From: Octopus vulgaris
Taxonomy: Eukaryota
Length of the DNA stretch: 64,000 nt
NCBI GenBank assembly: GCA_951406725.2
Contig: OX597816.1
Coordinates: 95,914,001-95,978,000 of the forward strand
Reading direction: 5' to 3'
The notes beneath the pieces were generated by a model, which did no database searches, was not told the origin of the DNA, and saw only the letters and a program-made list of their open reading frames with translations. The stretch's first letter is position 1; each line of letters begins with the position of its first letter. This document shows positions 14,495 through 27,329 of the stretch, piece by piece. A program made the position numbers and the translations under genes.

Positions 14495-14752
14495 ATGAAG
14501 GAATATGAAAACTATAATGGTTGTGCCTATAATGACTGGTATATTGGGAACTCTAAGAAAAGATATAGACAAATGGTTGAAGGAGATTGAAATAGAATGT
14601 TCTGTAGAGCTTCTACAGAAAGTTTGCCTCTTAGAGATAGGAAAGATTATCAGGAGGTTTCTAAGCACTTGAAAGACTTATGGAAGCTTGTGGATAGTAA
14701 CTCGCTACTAGCATAAATCCTACAAGAAATACGACCGAGCCTGAATCAAATC

Positions 14753-14755
<3 letters not shown>
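14495..14755 (+). mobile_element. R4/Dong 3' fragment
   Basis: VVPIMTGILG...LQKVCLLEIGKIIRRFL C-terminus followed by (TAA)n. Confidence 0.8.
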
Positions 14756-14789
<34 letters not shown>

Positions 14790-14796
14790 TTAATAA

Positions 14797-15062
14797 CTCG
14801 AATGTAGAATCTACGAATAGAAACAATTCCTATCATAGTGGGCACATTAGGTATGATAAAAATATATTGAGACATATACATAACAAAAACACCAGGATTT
14901 ACAGATATATATAACATACAGAAAATTGCACTACTGGGCATTGCACACACTTTCAATGTAGTAACTATATGAGCATCACAGCAAACCACGGCACATACCC
15001 AAGGCACACAGAGCTCTGCTCGGCAGTGAAGTGAATGCACGTTATAAAAATAAAACTACTGC

Positions 15063-15063
<1 letters not shown>
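14797..15063 (+). mobile_element. R4/Dong 3' fragment (another family)
   Basis: ETIPIIVGTLGMIK...IQKIALLGIAH C-terminal motif, flanked by (TAA)n. Confidence 0.8.
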
Positions 15064-15119
<56 letters not shown>

Positions 15120-15679
15120 TAATAATAGTATAATTTTCAATCAGTATATAGGTATTATTATTTCTTCAATACTTCTCTATTTGCTGAATTTTTTGAAGCA
15201 GTTAGGTATTTGCACTAATAAGCTACCGATGCCGACATGGTCAACACACATGCTGATAGCGGGAGAAAGAGCAATAACATAGCAAAAATGAACAAATACA
15301 AAACCATGAAAAACTATACAAAGAAGCAATATGTATGAGCCTAAGAGAACAAAAAGTTTCACGAAAGGAAGGAAAAGGAAAGCATCGCAATTGCTTTTAT
15401 AACTGTACTTAAAGTGAAAAGGCTAGGAAATCTCCCTTTTATACTTTATTGCTGACTGTGAAGCAAATAGAATATGATGTTTAATCTGCCACAATAACAT
15501 TTCATATCCATATACGACAATTCTTCGTATAGTGTTTACACAAGCACATATACAATGAGTGGATTAAGGCAGAATATGTGAAAGAATATTCACATTCAAA
15601 TACACATACGACATACATCAGAGATATGTGTGTGAGAGTTGTGTGTGCATGTAAGTGTTTGTATGAGTGTATTTGATAC

Positions 15680-15735
<56 letters not shown>

Positions 15736-16699
15736 TTTTGTGTGTATATATGTACGTTTATATATATTATATATAACTTATGCACACAAACACGCATGCT
15801 TAGATAGGGAGGTCGGAAGACACAAACAGTTTGATAGATAGATAGAAGTGTGTGCGCTTGCATGTGTATGTGTATGTGTGCGTGTGTGTGTGTGTGTGTG
15901 TGTTTGTGTGTGTGTTGATATGTACTCAGATATATTTTTCTAATCAACTAATTTTGCTATTTTCACACTGCTACATTCTCTGCTATTACTGCTTCATTCT
16001 CCAACTTTCTTCTCCTTCATTCTTCATGTATGCGTATATGCGTGTGTGCCTGCGTGTATGTGCGTATATGTGTGTGTATATGCATATATGCAATTGCATA
16101 TGATACGTTTCTAATAATTACATTCGGTGAATTGGAAGTATCCTCGGAGTGTTTAAGCAAATGCCCAAAGGCATTACGAGTTCAAATACCACCTTGGTCT
16201 ATATGGGTCACTTATTTGATCTGTGGTCCTGTATAACATAGTCATTTGATCATTAATGCCTTCAATGGAATCCACCCTATTGCAAACACTCGAGCAGGGG
16301 CCCCGGTTTGGATATACCCTTCTCCAATTACTCCCGAATGCTCTTTTATGAGTCGTAGGCCCTGCACCCACTTGTATGTACGTACGTTCGTATATAACTA
16401 GCTAGCTAGTTAGCTACGTAAATACATACGTACGTAACTACCTACCTACCTTTCTATGAATATTCATACATGCATTCATTTGAATACTGGTACTACATCC
16501 CAATAAAATCAATATCCAGTGCAGACACAACGTACCTGTTATTGTTGTGTGGGATATAGCACACAATTTGTATGCTATAGCTTTAAAGAGGCTTTGTTGG
16601 GTAAGGCTGGAACAGTACAAGAAGATATAAAGTAAACTACAAAAAGAAAAGAAAAGAAAAGAAAAAGGAAAACAAGATGAAGTTATAGTTTTACCTTAT

Positions 16700-17300
16700 G
16701 TTTCTATATTTCAGGGCTATGCCCACATCTTCGAGCCAAATGGAAAAGCGAGGGATGGAATAGGTTGTTTCTCAGATGTATGGAAGAAGAAGGAAGAAGG
16801 TGAAAGGAGGAAAGTGACATGCGCAGACTGATGTTGCTATATTAACCAGTCTGCATGATGAAGTTCTTTCCTGTTGCTTATGGCTGGTCTCAGTTTGTTG
16901 ATAAGGAGGACCGCCATGATTCTGAGATTGCCTTTGTTGCGTTGAGTGGCCTGGTGGATACCTTAAAATCCTGGGTTTGGCACTTCTTTAGGAGATTTTC
17001 AATCGAAGTGTTTGCGTGCATATGTTCTTTTATTCTAACATTGCTCTAAATGTAGGATTCCCCACATTTACTGTAGACTACTTCGTATACAACAAAGGCC
17101 TCGAGTACGTTTTAAATTCGTTGATGGGACAATTTGATAGTGTACACCCCAAGATTTCATCTGTGATATTATTTCTAGACAGAAATTTCTACAAGGGTGG
17201 ACCTATAATCTGTTGTAGTATTCGGCTTAAACGGGAGTGTGAAAGTAAGGTCTAAAGATGTCGAAAGTTTTAACATATATTGCAAACTACTGCAGAACTT
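16700..17300 (-). mobile_element. decayed Penelope-like element (GIY-YIG C-terminus and pLTR)
   Basis: Minus-strand fragments VVYEVVYSKCG and LINKLRPAISNRKEL; downstream hammerhead-like CGAAGA..GGGC-ATA-GCCC..GAAA at 16701-16736. Confidence 0.5.
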
Positions 17301-17879
17301 AACAGCTCTTGTATCCGGGATGTGGGTTTCCATGAGTTATTATCATAAATGCACAAGGTTATGTAGCACTAGATCTGCATAAAAGTCGTCTGGAAATGCT
17401 AGGGGTTTCCAAAAACGAGCAAAATAAATTGAGTCTCATCCTCCAAATCCAATCGATTACATGTACTGCGAATATTTATGAGACATTCCAAACGTTTACC
17501 CATTCGGGTTTCATGGAATAGACGTGCATAGTCACATGATGTGCATGTGGGCTACATATATGTGCATACATAAAGAGTCATCACTCATATTCTTGTGCTA
17601 AAAAAGACATGTAACTCATAACATGACCTCATGCATATCCACAAATTTTCGTGTCTCAAACAAAAATCTTTGTTAATTTGTTAACAACCAGATTGATTTC
17701 TGCGAACAAATTTTAAAATATCTCGAAGGTAAAACATACATGTAGATAAATATGTGATCAAGTTTATATAATTAAGTTGATTAATTAAATTTGTAATTAG
17801 AGATTCAGTTTACTGGTGTTTTGTAAATGTATTGCAACCATGAAGCAGTTTAGGACAGTTGATAATTTGAGAGCTATGC

Positions 17880-18512
17880 TATGCGTGAAGGTATCAGTTG
17901 TAGTTCGAACTGCGGTCATGAGGAGTAGGTGAATTTCTCCAGGGATTATAGGCTTTGTTTTTTTTATATTTATTATTTGTTTTTTATTTGGACAGATGCG
18001 TCCCTCTACAAGTGAACCATTTTTGTTCGGACATACCTAAGAGGATAGTTTCAATCAGCTAACTGTTGCTGATGAACGAGGAATGAAGGAAATATGCTGT
18101 CAAGGATAGCTAGAACAAAATTTGAAGAATTTCGATCAGTGTTAAAATCTGGAGAAAGAGGAGCGTTCTGTAGTTGCAAAGAGTCAGTGGTCGAGTAACC
18201 CGATAAATGCATAGACTGTTATGGTCTGGATTAGGTCTAGAGATGAAAAGTAAATCAAGGCGGATTGGAATGTTTCAGTATCGATCTGGGATGAGGCCAA
18301 ATTGTATTCGTAGTTGAGACGTGTGAAAGATTCAAATTCAGCTTCTGCACCGATAATAATGGTATGGAAGGAGTGTGAGAGTCACGAGTAGTCGTGCATG
18401 TTGAAATCACCAAGTTCGATGATTCCGGAGAAGACTAATGAGAGGTATATGTTCCCAATGCAAGCGATGTGGTCAGAGAAATGCTCTTGGTTCGGGGAGT
18501 TTGGAGAGTAGT
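17880..18512 (-). mobile_element. decayed LINE apurinic-like endonuclease fragment (CR1/Jockey group)
   Basis: Minus-strand translation YSPNS..IIELGDFNMH..IPDR..RLDLLF..GLLDH. Confidence 0.6.
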
Positions 18513-18595
18513 AGAGAGAGAAAGAGAGAGAGAAAGGAGAGAGAAGAGGGAGAGAGAAGGGAGAAAGAGATGGAAAAAGGGCTGAGGTACTTGGT

Positions 18596-18633
<38 letters not shown>

Positions 18634-18874
18634 CGAAGGAGAGAGAGAAAGGAGGAGAGGGAGAAGTAAAGAGAGGATATTTGGGAGTTGTTATTGCTGA
18701 TATCCAGGTGAGAAAGGTGAGTGACAGGGAGAGCGGAATCTATGTTTGTGCAGACAATGAAGTTTTAGTTGACTGTAGAGTGGACGGCAGAAATGGATTG
18801 TAGATAATGGTTGCTAAATTTGTGTAGTTCACAAAGAAGAATAATGAGGTCTGAAGAACCAATATACTTTTTAC

Positions 18875-18909
<35 letters not shown>

Positions 18910-18969
18910 GAGGAGGAGGAGGAGTAATAGAAGTAGTAGTAGCAGCAGCAGGAGCAGCAGAAACATCAT

Positions 18970-19010
<41 letters not shown>

Positions 19011-19090
19011 GCTGTAGTAGTTGTAGTAGCAGTAGAAAAAGACGACGAAGAAGGAGGAGGAAGCAGAAAGGGAAAGTAGTAAGGAAGTAG
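18875..19090. repeat. compound trinucleotide repeat (AGT/AGG/AGC/ATC)n
   Basis: Visible. Confidence 0.9.
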
Positions 19091-19334
19091 TTAATGAGTA
19101 CATATGCGATTGGTTGGTCACGTGAGACATTTTGTGCTTGGGGCAGGTGCAGTTACGTGATCATTTCGGTAGGAAGTACAGAGTAACCCCGTTTTTGCTG
19201 TTGTCGTTCTCGCCGTCACCGCTGCTGCTAGCGTTGTTGTTGTTGTTGTTTCTGCTCAACGTGTTGCAACTGTTGCAATATAGCAGCAGAGAATTTATTG
19301 TTCGAACAGAATAATATGCATTTATGTCTTTATT

Positions 19335-19440
19335 GCCCACAGGGGTCTAAACATAGAGGGGACAAACAAGGACAGACAAAGGGATTAAGCCAATTACATA
19401 GATCCAAATCAGTGCATAACTGGTACTTATTTAATCGACC
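19335..19440 (-). mobile_element. SINE family C 3' fragment
   Basis: Reverse complement matches 48955-49050. Confidence 0.75.
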
Positions 19441-19574
19441 ATGTTTGCCAGTCTGGCAAAAAATCCACAACCTTCCGTCTCAATAAACCAATATTGTCCC
19501 TGAAAATAGGTTTTCTTTTGTATTTATTACGGACTGCTTGAAGATAACTTCCTTCCTACACCTCGATACGTGGA

Positions 19575-19624
<50 letters not shown>

Positions 19625-20039
19625 ATAAGAAATCTCTGAGCGAGATATATATAAACATCCATCGCTCTTCAAGCATATCGTCAACATTAACATAGCTGGT
19701 ACCAATCTGATACAGAAAATAAAAGGCACATCGCGCTCGTGACCTCAACTATTTACCACTGTGAATCGAAAATCACTAGCTTCCTCGGTATGGCCTTGTT
19801 TTACAAGCTCAAGTGTTAGCAAAATCTGTATGTCTCTGGCAGAGAGATGTGAAACTGCTGCCAAGTGAAAGCAACAGCTTGTGCTGGAAATCCGCAACAA
19901 TTACAGCGAATTAATAAGGGATAATACAGAGCAGCTCAAAGTGGCGCAGTTCTCTTCTAAATGAGTAGATGTTAAGGACATCAGGTAAAATCCTAAGTAA
20001 GGCTGAAAGAACAAAGCATGTCTGACAAAATACCGAAAA

Positions 20040-20235
20040 TATCTTGTAGTCATGTGACCCTCAATATTGTGGCCTTTCTGCTCCCCTGATCGGAACCCTC
20101 TTAAATACCTGAACTGGGGTGTCACTAGAAAAAGAAACCCACCGACGGCTTCCTCATACCAGGGATACTTTACGGCAGCAGAGACGAGAACCCACTGTCC
20201 TGACATGTAGTTGTTTCCATTCATGTATTTGAGCT
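20040..20235 (+). mobile_element. Tc1/mariner transposase remnant
   Basis: WPFCSPDRNPLKYLNWGV resembles the WPPxSPDLNPLDYxxWG motif. Confidence 0.6.
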
Positions 20236-20861
20236 GTGATTGGGAAAAAGAGCTACATTCATAAATTGCCTGTTTTCTGTGTTTTATTTTTTTTTTACAT
20301 GTCTAGTAGAAAGTATTATTTTTCTGTGCATCTGTGTGTATGTATGTGTGTCTGTGTGTGCGCATATGTGTGTGTACAGGTATGTATACGTGTACATGAA
20401 TGTATATGTATATGTATAGGTAGATATGTAGGCAATTAACCATTTACGTACCCCACAGTGAAATCTTCATACATATGCAATAAAAAACTTATGAATGATC
20501 GGTCCGCAATATTTGTGTGTGGAAGTAATGCGTATATGCACGTGTTTATGTACTTATTTGTATAATATATACACATGGTCATTTGGAATATTTTTGTGTG
20601 CATATGTGGGAATATTCTCCTAACTCTCAATTATTTTTTTCTTTTTACCGCTTCTTTCCCTATATAAACATGTGTATTGTTATGTATAAACATGTATGTG
20701 TTTATATGTGTATTCTATTAACAGATTAACATCTCTGGATACATTCTAGTGTAGAATAAATGTATGTACACCCAATGCAACTTTTGGTTGAAATATGATT
20801 CGGTTTTGCTGCGACTCTCAACTGTATTTGGTCAGTTTGAAGTATAACTTGAAGCGGAATC

Positions 20862-21000
20862 GAAAAACGTTAGCACGCCGGGCGAAATGCTTAGTGGTAT
20901 TTCGTCTGTCGTTACGTTCTGAGTTCAAATTCCGCCGAGATTGACTTTGCCTTTCATCCTTTCGAGGTCGATTAAATAAATACCAGTTACGCACTGTGAT
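20862..21000 (+). mobile_element. SINE family C fragment
   Basis: GTTAGCACGCCGGGCGAAATGCTTAG...GAGTTCAAATTCC and core GCCTTTCATCCTTTCGAGGTCGATTAAATAA; matches 48832. Confidence 0.85.
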
Positions 21001-21216
21001 GAACTTGCGCTTAATTATGTTTGGCTTTATAAAAATGTATATATATATATAATTAAAAACATTTACACGCACACATACACATACATATACGTATGTATAT
21101 GTATATATGTACTTGTACACAAACACATACATATATATGCATGATTAAGGATTGACTTAGTGTCATTGATACTTTTAGCACTATTCAAAAATGAAGGCCT
21201 CTATCGTCCTTCACTT

Positions 21217-21437
21217 CCCTTTCGTTACTGTATCTATTTTGAGATGCTCTGTGTTTCTTTCAATTAATTTAAAATATAACAAAGAATTTAGTAAAATAAC
21301 TTAGTTATCATTCAGCTAGTGTTAGGAATATAAATTGTGAGTAAGGTTTGGTGGAAGATTTTAATTCAAAACTTATGAAAACAAGATATTTGAACTCAGA
21401 GCCAGAGGCGGTTTCAGCCGGGTTGGTAATGAAAGGG
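21217..21437. mobile_element. piggyBac-like MITE
   Basis: TIRs CCCTTTCGTTAC / GTAATGAAAGGG; TTAA at the right end, left TTAA not preserved. Confidence 0.65.
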
Positions 21438-22732
21438 TTAATCGACAAGAAATCAAGATACAGTAAGTATGGAATATGAAATGTTCGATTAATAATTAAG
21501 TTCTCTTCCGGCTCATCCTTAGGCTTCACTCCCCTATTTTATTAAATGAACACTTTTATTTAGCTCTAAAAGCCAATAATACAAGTAAATTATTTGCGTT
21601 TTGCTTCAGTAACAAGGCGAAATGCAAATTCTCAATACTTTTCTACTTATTAAATAATAAAACGTTCTATTTACCATTTGTACATTGGTAAATGAAACGT
21701 TCTATTTACTATTTGCACTATGATAACATCTCTATTGTTTACCCCTTGCTTTGGTGTCATAAGTACGTGTTTACGTTCTACTGTGGTTAATCCGGCACTA
21801 TACGTTATGGAGTCTATAAATACTGCGTTGGAAATTTAGTTATGACAGAAACCTATATTATAACATCCACCTATGGAAGTTACTTTATTTACTGCGGGTC
21901 TGTTTGTTTGAAATACTCCATACTTCCCCGACACTGTACTAAAAAAAAAAAAAGCACTGGACCTTGCCGTCACTACTGTGTAACTTTCACTTTTAATTGA
22001 ACCTGTCTCCGAATATTTTTTTCTTTTTTGTCATATACCACTGTTTTCCTATCAAAGATTATACATTCTTTGTCCCGATTTATTGATAGAAGATATAATG
22101 TTATTGTAAGATTCTCCATTCATTGTCTATCTTGTTGTTTTGAGACTTACATGTTATATTCCTTTTATCAGTTTCCTAACACAGCTTTCTACATTGTATA
22201 CATTACTAAACCATCTTAATCCAAACATCTCCGGCAATAACTTCGTTGTTAAGATTATTGGGTAACTGTATAGTTTATCGTTTTTCCTTCCTGTATTGAC
22301 TGATATCTTCACCATATTGATTATTGAAACACTGATTGAGGCAACGCGAAAATAAAAAAAAAAGATCTATACGCTGTCACTGGAGCTGCTAAAAATATCA
22401 GTCAAATCGCAGTCAAATGTCTTAATAATTCAATGAATATTATAGTCGTTGATACACTGTCTACAAACAAAAATTGGACGGACAGGAGTGAAGAGACTTA
22501 CATCATCGGTGTATTTAGTAACAGTACTTCCATGGCCAAACAAGAACAACAACGCAGACACAGACACACAGACACATATACACATACGAACAAACAGACA
22601 GACACACACACACGCACGCATACACACACTCATACTCATAATAAAATATACATTTATGCAAATGCACATCTGTGTAAACGAATGTGCGTGCATATGTATG
22701 CATATACATACACACAAATATATATGTACGCA

Positions 22733-22767
<35 letters not shown>

Positions 22768-22870
22768 AATACAAGTACTTTGAAATCAGAAGATCCTACC
22801 TGGATGGAGACTAGAGTTTTGTAATTCTTTGAAATTAATAATGTCTCTCCTGAAAATGTACCTTATACTC

Positions 22871-22871
<1 letters not shown>

Positions 22872-22960
<89 letters not shown>

Positions 22961-22976
22961 ATATACATATGTATAT
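22872..22976. repeat. (TA)n
   Basis: Visible. Confidence 0.95.
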
Positions 22977-22989
22977 TAAATAAACGATT

Positions 22990-23280
22990 GTGAAAAACCA
23001 AATGAGATGGCCAGACCATATTGTTAGAATGGCGGATGAAGGCACAGCTGTCTTATGGCGAGCTTGCAGAGGGGAAATGTAATCGATGTAAACCTAAAAA
23101 GAAGTTTAGGGATGTCATAACGACTACATGAAGTCACTTGTAATGGGCCCAAAGGTCATAGAAACCCTTGTGTCGTGTCGAGCTGGATGGCGAATAAAAG
23201 TGTAGAGTGGAATGAAAGCCTTTGAGGTGGCTAGGATTACACAAGCAAGACTCGGTCAGACACTGCATAAGGAGTAGATA
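22990..23280 (+). mobile_element. RTE-BovB LINE 3' remnant
   Basis: [15 protein letters not shown]...YGELAEGKCNRCKPKKKFRD, homologous to the 33920-34070 segment. Confidence 0.7.
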
Positions 23281-23284
23281 TCCA

Positions 23285-23319
<35 letters not shown>

Positions 23320-23795
23320 TATTATATTATATTATATTATATTATACACATACATGGATGTGTGTGCTAAAACTATCTCGTACAAGTGATGTTATATTGA
23401 TACAACAATAATAATCTGAAAATATACAACATCTTTTGTATTGCAATTAACTCTTCATAATATACATTTTGTAATTAAATTGTTTCATATTATTACATAT
23501 TCTAAAGTTGCTTACTTCATACCGTCTTCACTTCTATTATTCAGTGTAGTCAATGTACTGTACATGTGTAATGTCTGGAAGTTAGCCTCCAGAAAATACT
23601 TACTATGTTGTATCAACTGGACGCAGCCGTGTGTTTATGGTTGGTGTAAGCTATGCTTTTAGTTGACCTGAACATTATTTTCTTGACTAGTTTACGTAAT
23701 TTATGCACACTCGGGAAATGTTTTTCGATTAAGTAGAATAAAAGTTTTGCAAAAAAAAAAAGTAAATAAATAAATAAAAACGAAGATTTTATGCT

Positions 23796-24175
23796 GAGGC
23801 GCAGGCGTGGCTGTATGGTAAGAAGCTTGCTTTCCAGCCACATACTTCCAGAATCAGTCATACTGCGTGGCAACTTGACAAGTGTCTTCTACTATAGCCT
23901 TGCTCTGACCAAACCTTTTGAGTGGATTTGCAAGAATCTGAAAAGAATCGTGCGTGTGTGTGTGCGTGCGTGCGAGCGTGTGTCTTGTGTCTGTTTGTCC
24001 ACCCCGTTTATCAACCGGTGCTGGTGTGTTTACGTCCCCGTAACTTAGCTGTTCGGCAAAGAAACCGTTAGAATAAGAACTTGGGGCGATTCATTCGACA
24101 AAAAATAATTAAAAAATTCTCCAAGGCAGTGCTCCAGCATGGCCGCAGTCAAATAACAAAAACAAACAAAAACAA
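23796..24175 (+). mobile_element. SINE family A
   Basis: Head GGCGCAGGCGTGGCTGTATGGTAAG; tail GTGCTCCAGCATGGCCGCAGTCAAAT. Confidence 0.8.
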
Positions 24176-24789
24176 GACACGAATTGTTATACGGAGAGGT
24201 ATACCATATAACACTTGCTTAATGATTTTTAAGACTCTTACTAATTGAGACACTTAACCGTTTATTCTTTCATGTTATCCATGACAACAGCACATACAGT
24301 GTTTCATTTTAGTACTATGAAGTCCGTCTGAAAGTGGTTTCTTCTGTTATAGAAAGTACACTCAGCCACTTGTTGAGATTCATTGAAACAAACTTCATGA
24401 TGTTCAGGGGATTATTGGATACAATGAGGGCCCTATCTGGTTTCTTGAAATGTTCATACGGCCCTGGTTTTAGTTTAAGCATCATACGGAGGAAGTTTAC
24501 TTGGGTAGCATTTACACCCATGGACATTTTAAAGTTAAACCAGTTAAATGTTTTAATTATCCAATTCCCGAGGATTTCAGCTGTATGCTCTCTTACACTG
24601 TTCGAATTCATGACCTCATTCTCCTTTGGACCCGCATAATTCCAATTAAAGTATTTCTCTATTCAATGAGTACCTACTTACCTATGCATCTGTGTAAATA
24701 CGTGTATGTAAAAAAAACACGTAAATAGGTGGTACACACAAATACAGTGCACACTTACATGCACAACACACATACACATGATATTTTTT

Positions 24790-25066
24790 CCTTCTCGAGC
24801 CATGTCTGGCTCATAAAAGCCGGTTTCCCGGTTTCCTTGGCGTACAGGTTCCCCAACTGGGCGGGACTCCGGTCCATCGCAGGTGAGTTGCAAGATGCAG
24901 GAGGAAAGAGTGAGAGAAAGTTGGGGCGAAAGAGTCAGCAGAAGTTCGCCATTACCTTCTGTGGGAGCCGCGTGGAGCTTAGGTGTCTCGCTCATAAACA
25001 CACACATCGCCCGGTCTGAGACGCGAACTTACGATCCCTCGACCGCGAGTCCGCTGCTCTAACCAC
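24790..25066 (-). mobile_element. tRNA-derived SINE (family B variant)
   Basis: Minus-strand head GTGGTTAGAGCAGCGGACTCGCGGTCGAGGG; closely similar to 49095-49390. Confidence 0.85.
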
Positions 25067-25885
25067 ACACATACACATAGATGGATATAGATGTATAGAT
25101 GCATATGTACAAACAATACACACAAGAGTATGTATGTGTGTGAAAGAGAACGAAAAAGAGAGAGAGACAGACGGACAGACTGAAAGAGAGAAGCAGAAAA
25201 AGAGAGGCAGAGAGACAGAGAGACAAACAGACAGACAGACAGACAAAGTGTGATAGATAAATAGATAAGCAAGTATTCACTTTGTACGCATTCACACTCC
25301 CACATACACTCAAGCGATTTCGTACGTCAAATTGTCAAAAAGAATTTCTATACCATTTCTTTCATGTTCTGCAGAGAAAGCAGGGAAGTAATTTGAAATC
25401 AACTTAACAACTATATAAAAAGTGTTATGGATGACTACGTGAAGGCTGCACACAGTTGGATACTCTGTTACTGATTTCATATTTACAAGAAACGGATTAG
25501 GGAAGAGCTGTTGCTTCCAGCAACTGTTTTCATTCGTTGCGTGTGAGCAACCGCTACATGAATAGTAAGACGTATTGGTCGTTATATTTGGATTAGGGCC
25601 ACACATGTTGATAAAAGGAGCATTGAAATTATATATCCGTATCCAAATAGGTTTGAAGCTCGAATTATAAACACACCCACAGATACACACACAAAAGTTA
25701 TTTACTCATACATGTATGTATGTATGTATGTATGTATGTATGTATGTATGTATGTATGTATGTGGAAACATACTATTATTTATGCATATACACGCACACG
25801 TAGATCTGTGCGTGTATCTATTTAATATGACATTTAGTTTGGAAATATAAATACACTGTAGTGCAATTTAAGTTCGCTAAAGATT

Positions 25886-25934
<49 letters not shown>

Positions 25935-25959
25935 TCTCAATATGTGGTAGTAGATATTC

Positions 25960-26300
25960 TTTTATTCTTTATTCTTTCACTTGTTTAGTCATTTGACTGC
26001 GGCCATGCTGGAGCACCACCTTTTAGTCGAAGACTTATTCTTTGCAAGCCTGGTGTTTATTCTATCGGTCTGTTTTGCCGAACCGCTAAGTTACGGGTAC
26101 GTAAACACACCAACATTAGTTGTCAAGCGAAGTGGGGGTGGGGGGCATACATATGCACACACATAAATATATACGATGGGCTTCTTTCAGTTTCCGTCTT
26201 TCAAATCCACTCACAAGGCTTTGGTCGGCCCGAGGCTATAGTAGAAGCCTCGGCACTGAACCCAGAACCACACCACGGCACTGAACCCAGAACCACACAG
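25960..26300 (-). mobile_element. SINE family A
   Basis: Tail GTCATTTGACTGCGGCCATGCTGGAGCACC on plus; body matches other copies; a short segment CGGCACTGAACCCAGAACCACAC is tandemly duplicated near the head. Confidence 0.8.
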
Positions 26301-26537
26301 TCACACCGGCACCTGAAGAATTAACGCTACAGAAAAATATAGGAATTCTCGAACGCAGAAAGACGGTGAAGACAGCTTGGAATATCGGATAAATACCCTT
26401 AGAATACGGAGAAAAGCTTCTACAAGCTTGCTACATGCACATATATACATAAGTATTCACATACTTATAGACATGTGTATGTTTGTATTTATGTGTGTGT
26501 ATTTATGTGCGTGTGTGTATGTGTGTGCGTGTGTGTG

Positions 26538-26572
<35 letters not shown>

Positions 26573-27329
26573 CCATCTGCGTGTAGTGGGCTATAAAGAG
26601 TAAATAGTTCCTCGTTTGGTTTTGAACTATGGGAATTACGGAATTTACCCAGGCAGAAAGAGTGTGACATTATATGGGACAACGTTGGCCCTTTAAATTC
26701 TGGATACAATCTGTTTAGCAGACATTCTCACATCTTCCGACCCAACATCGCCGTAGGATTTTCGTGGATCTGAGGTTTCCTAAGATGCCAAGAATAGTGA
26801 TCGAAACAGAGAACTCGTTATTTTGAAACTCGTCTATGCAATTTTTATATCTACATTTATCTCTATTATCTATGTTGCAATTTTCATATCTACATACATC
26901 CATATATGCAACTTTTTCAGTTGTTTTGTAGAAGCGATGAAAATATTACACACTATTATGAGTTATTGTATCTCAGCAATATACGTACAAATTATCCATT
27001 GAAAGCCTAAGATGCTTGACATAATGAAAATATGTGAATATTCATAGATCAAAATACATTTCCTCGTGTCATTAACATTAAACATTGTTTACAGCACTGT
27101 GTGTGTATACATATTCATACATCCATTCAAACATACAAACACCCGCGCGCACACACACATACTTGCACACTACTCGGAGCGACGAATCGCGTATTTGCCG
27201 TGGGAGATTATTTGTCGAAAATACGATAAATACTATCTCCAACTTTGGTGTCACAACTACCAGCTTTGATAAATGACTGGTTAATCTTTAGATGAATTAA
27301 TTGAGAGAGCCTTTTATTCTGAAACTTGA

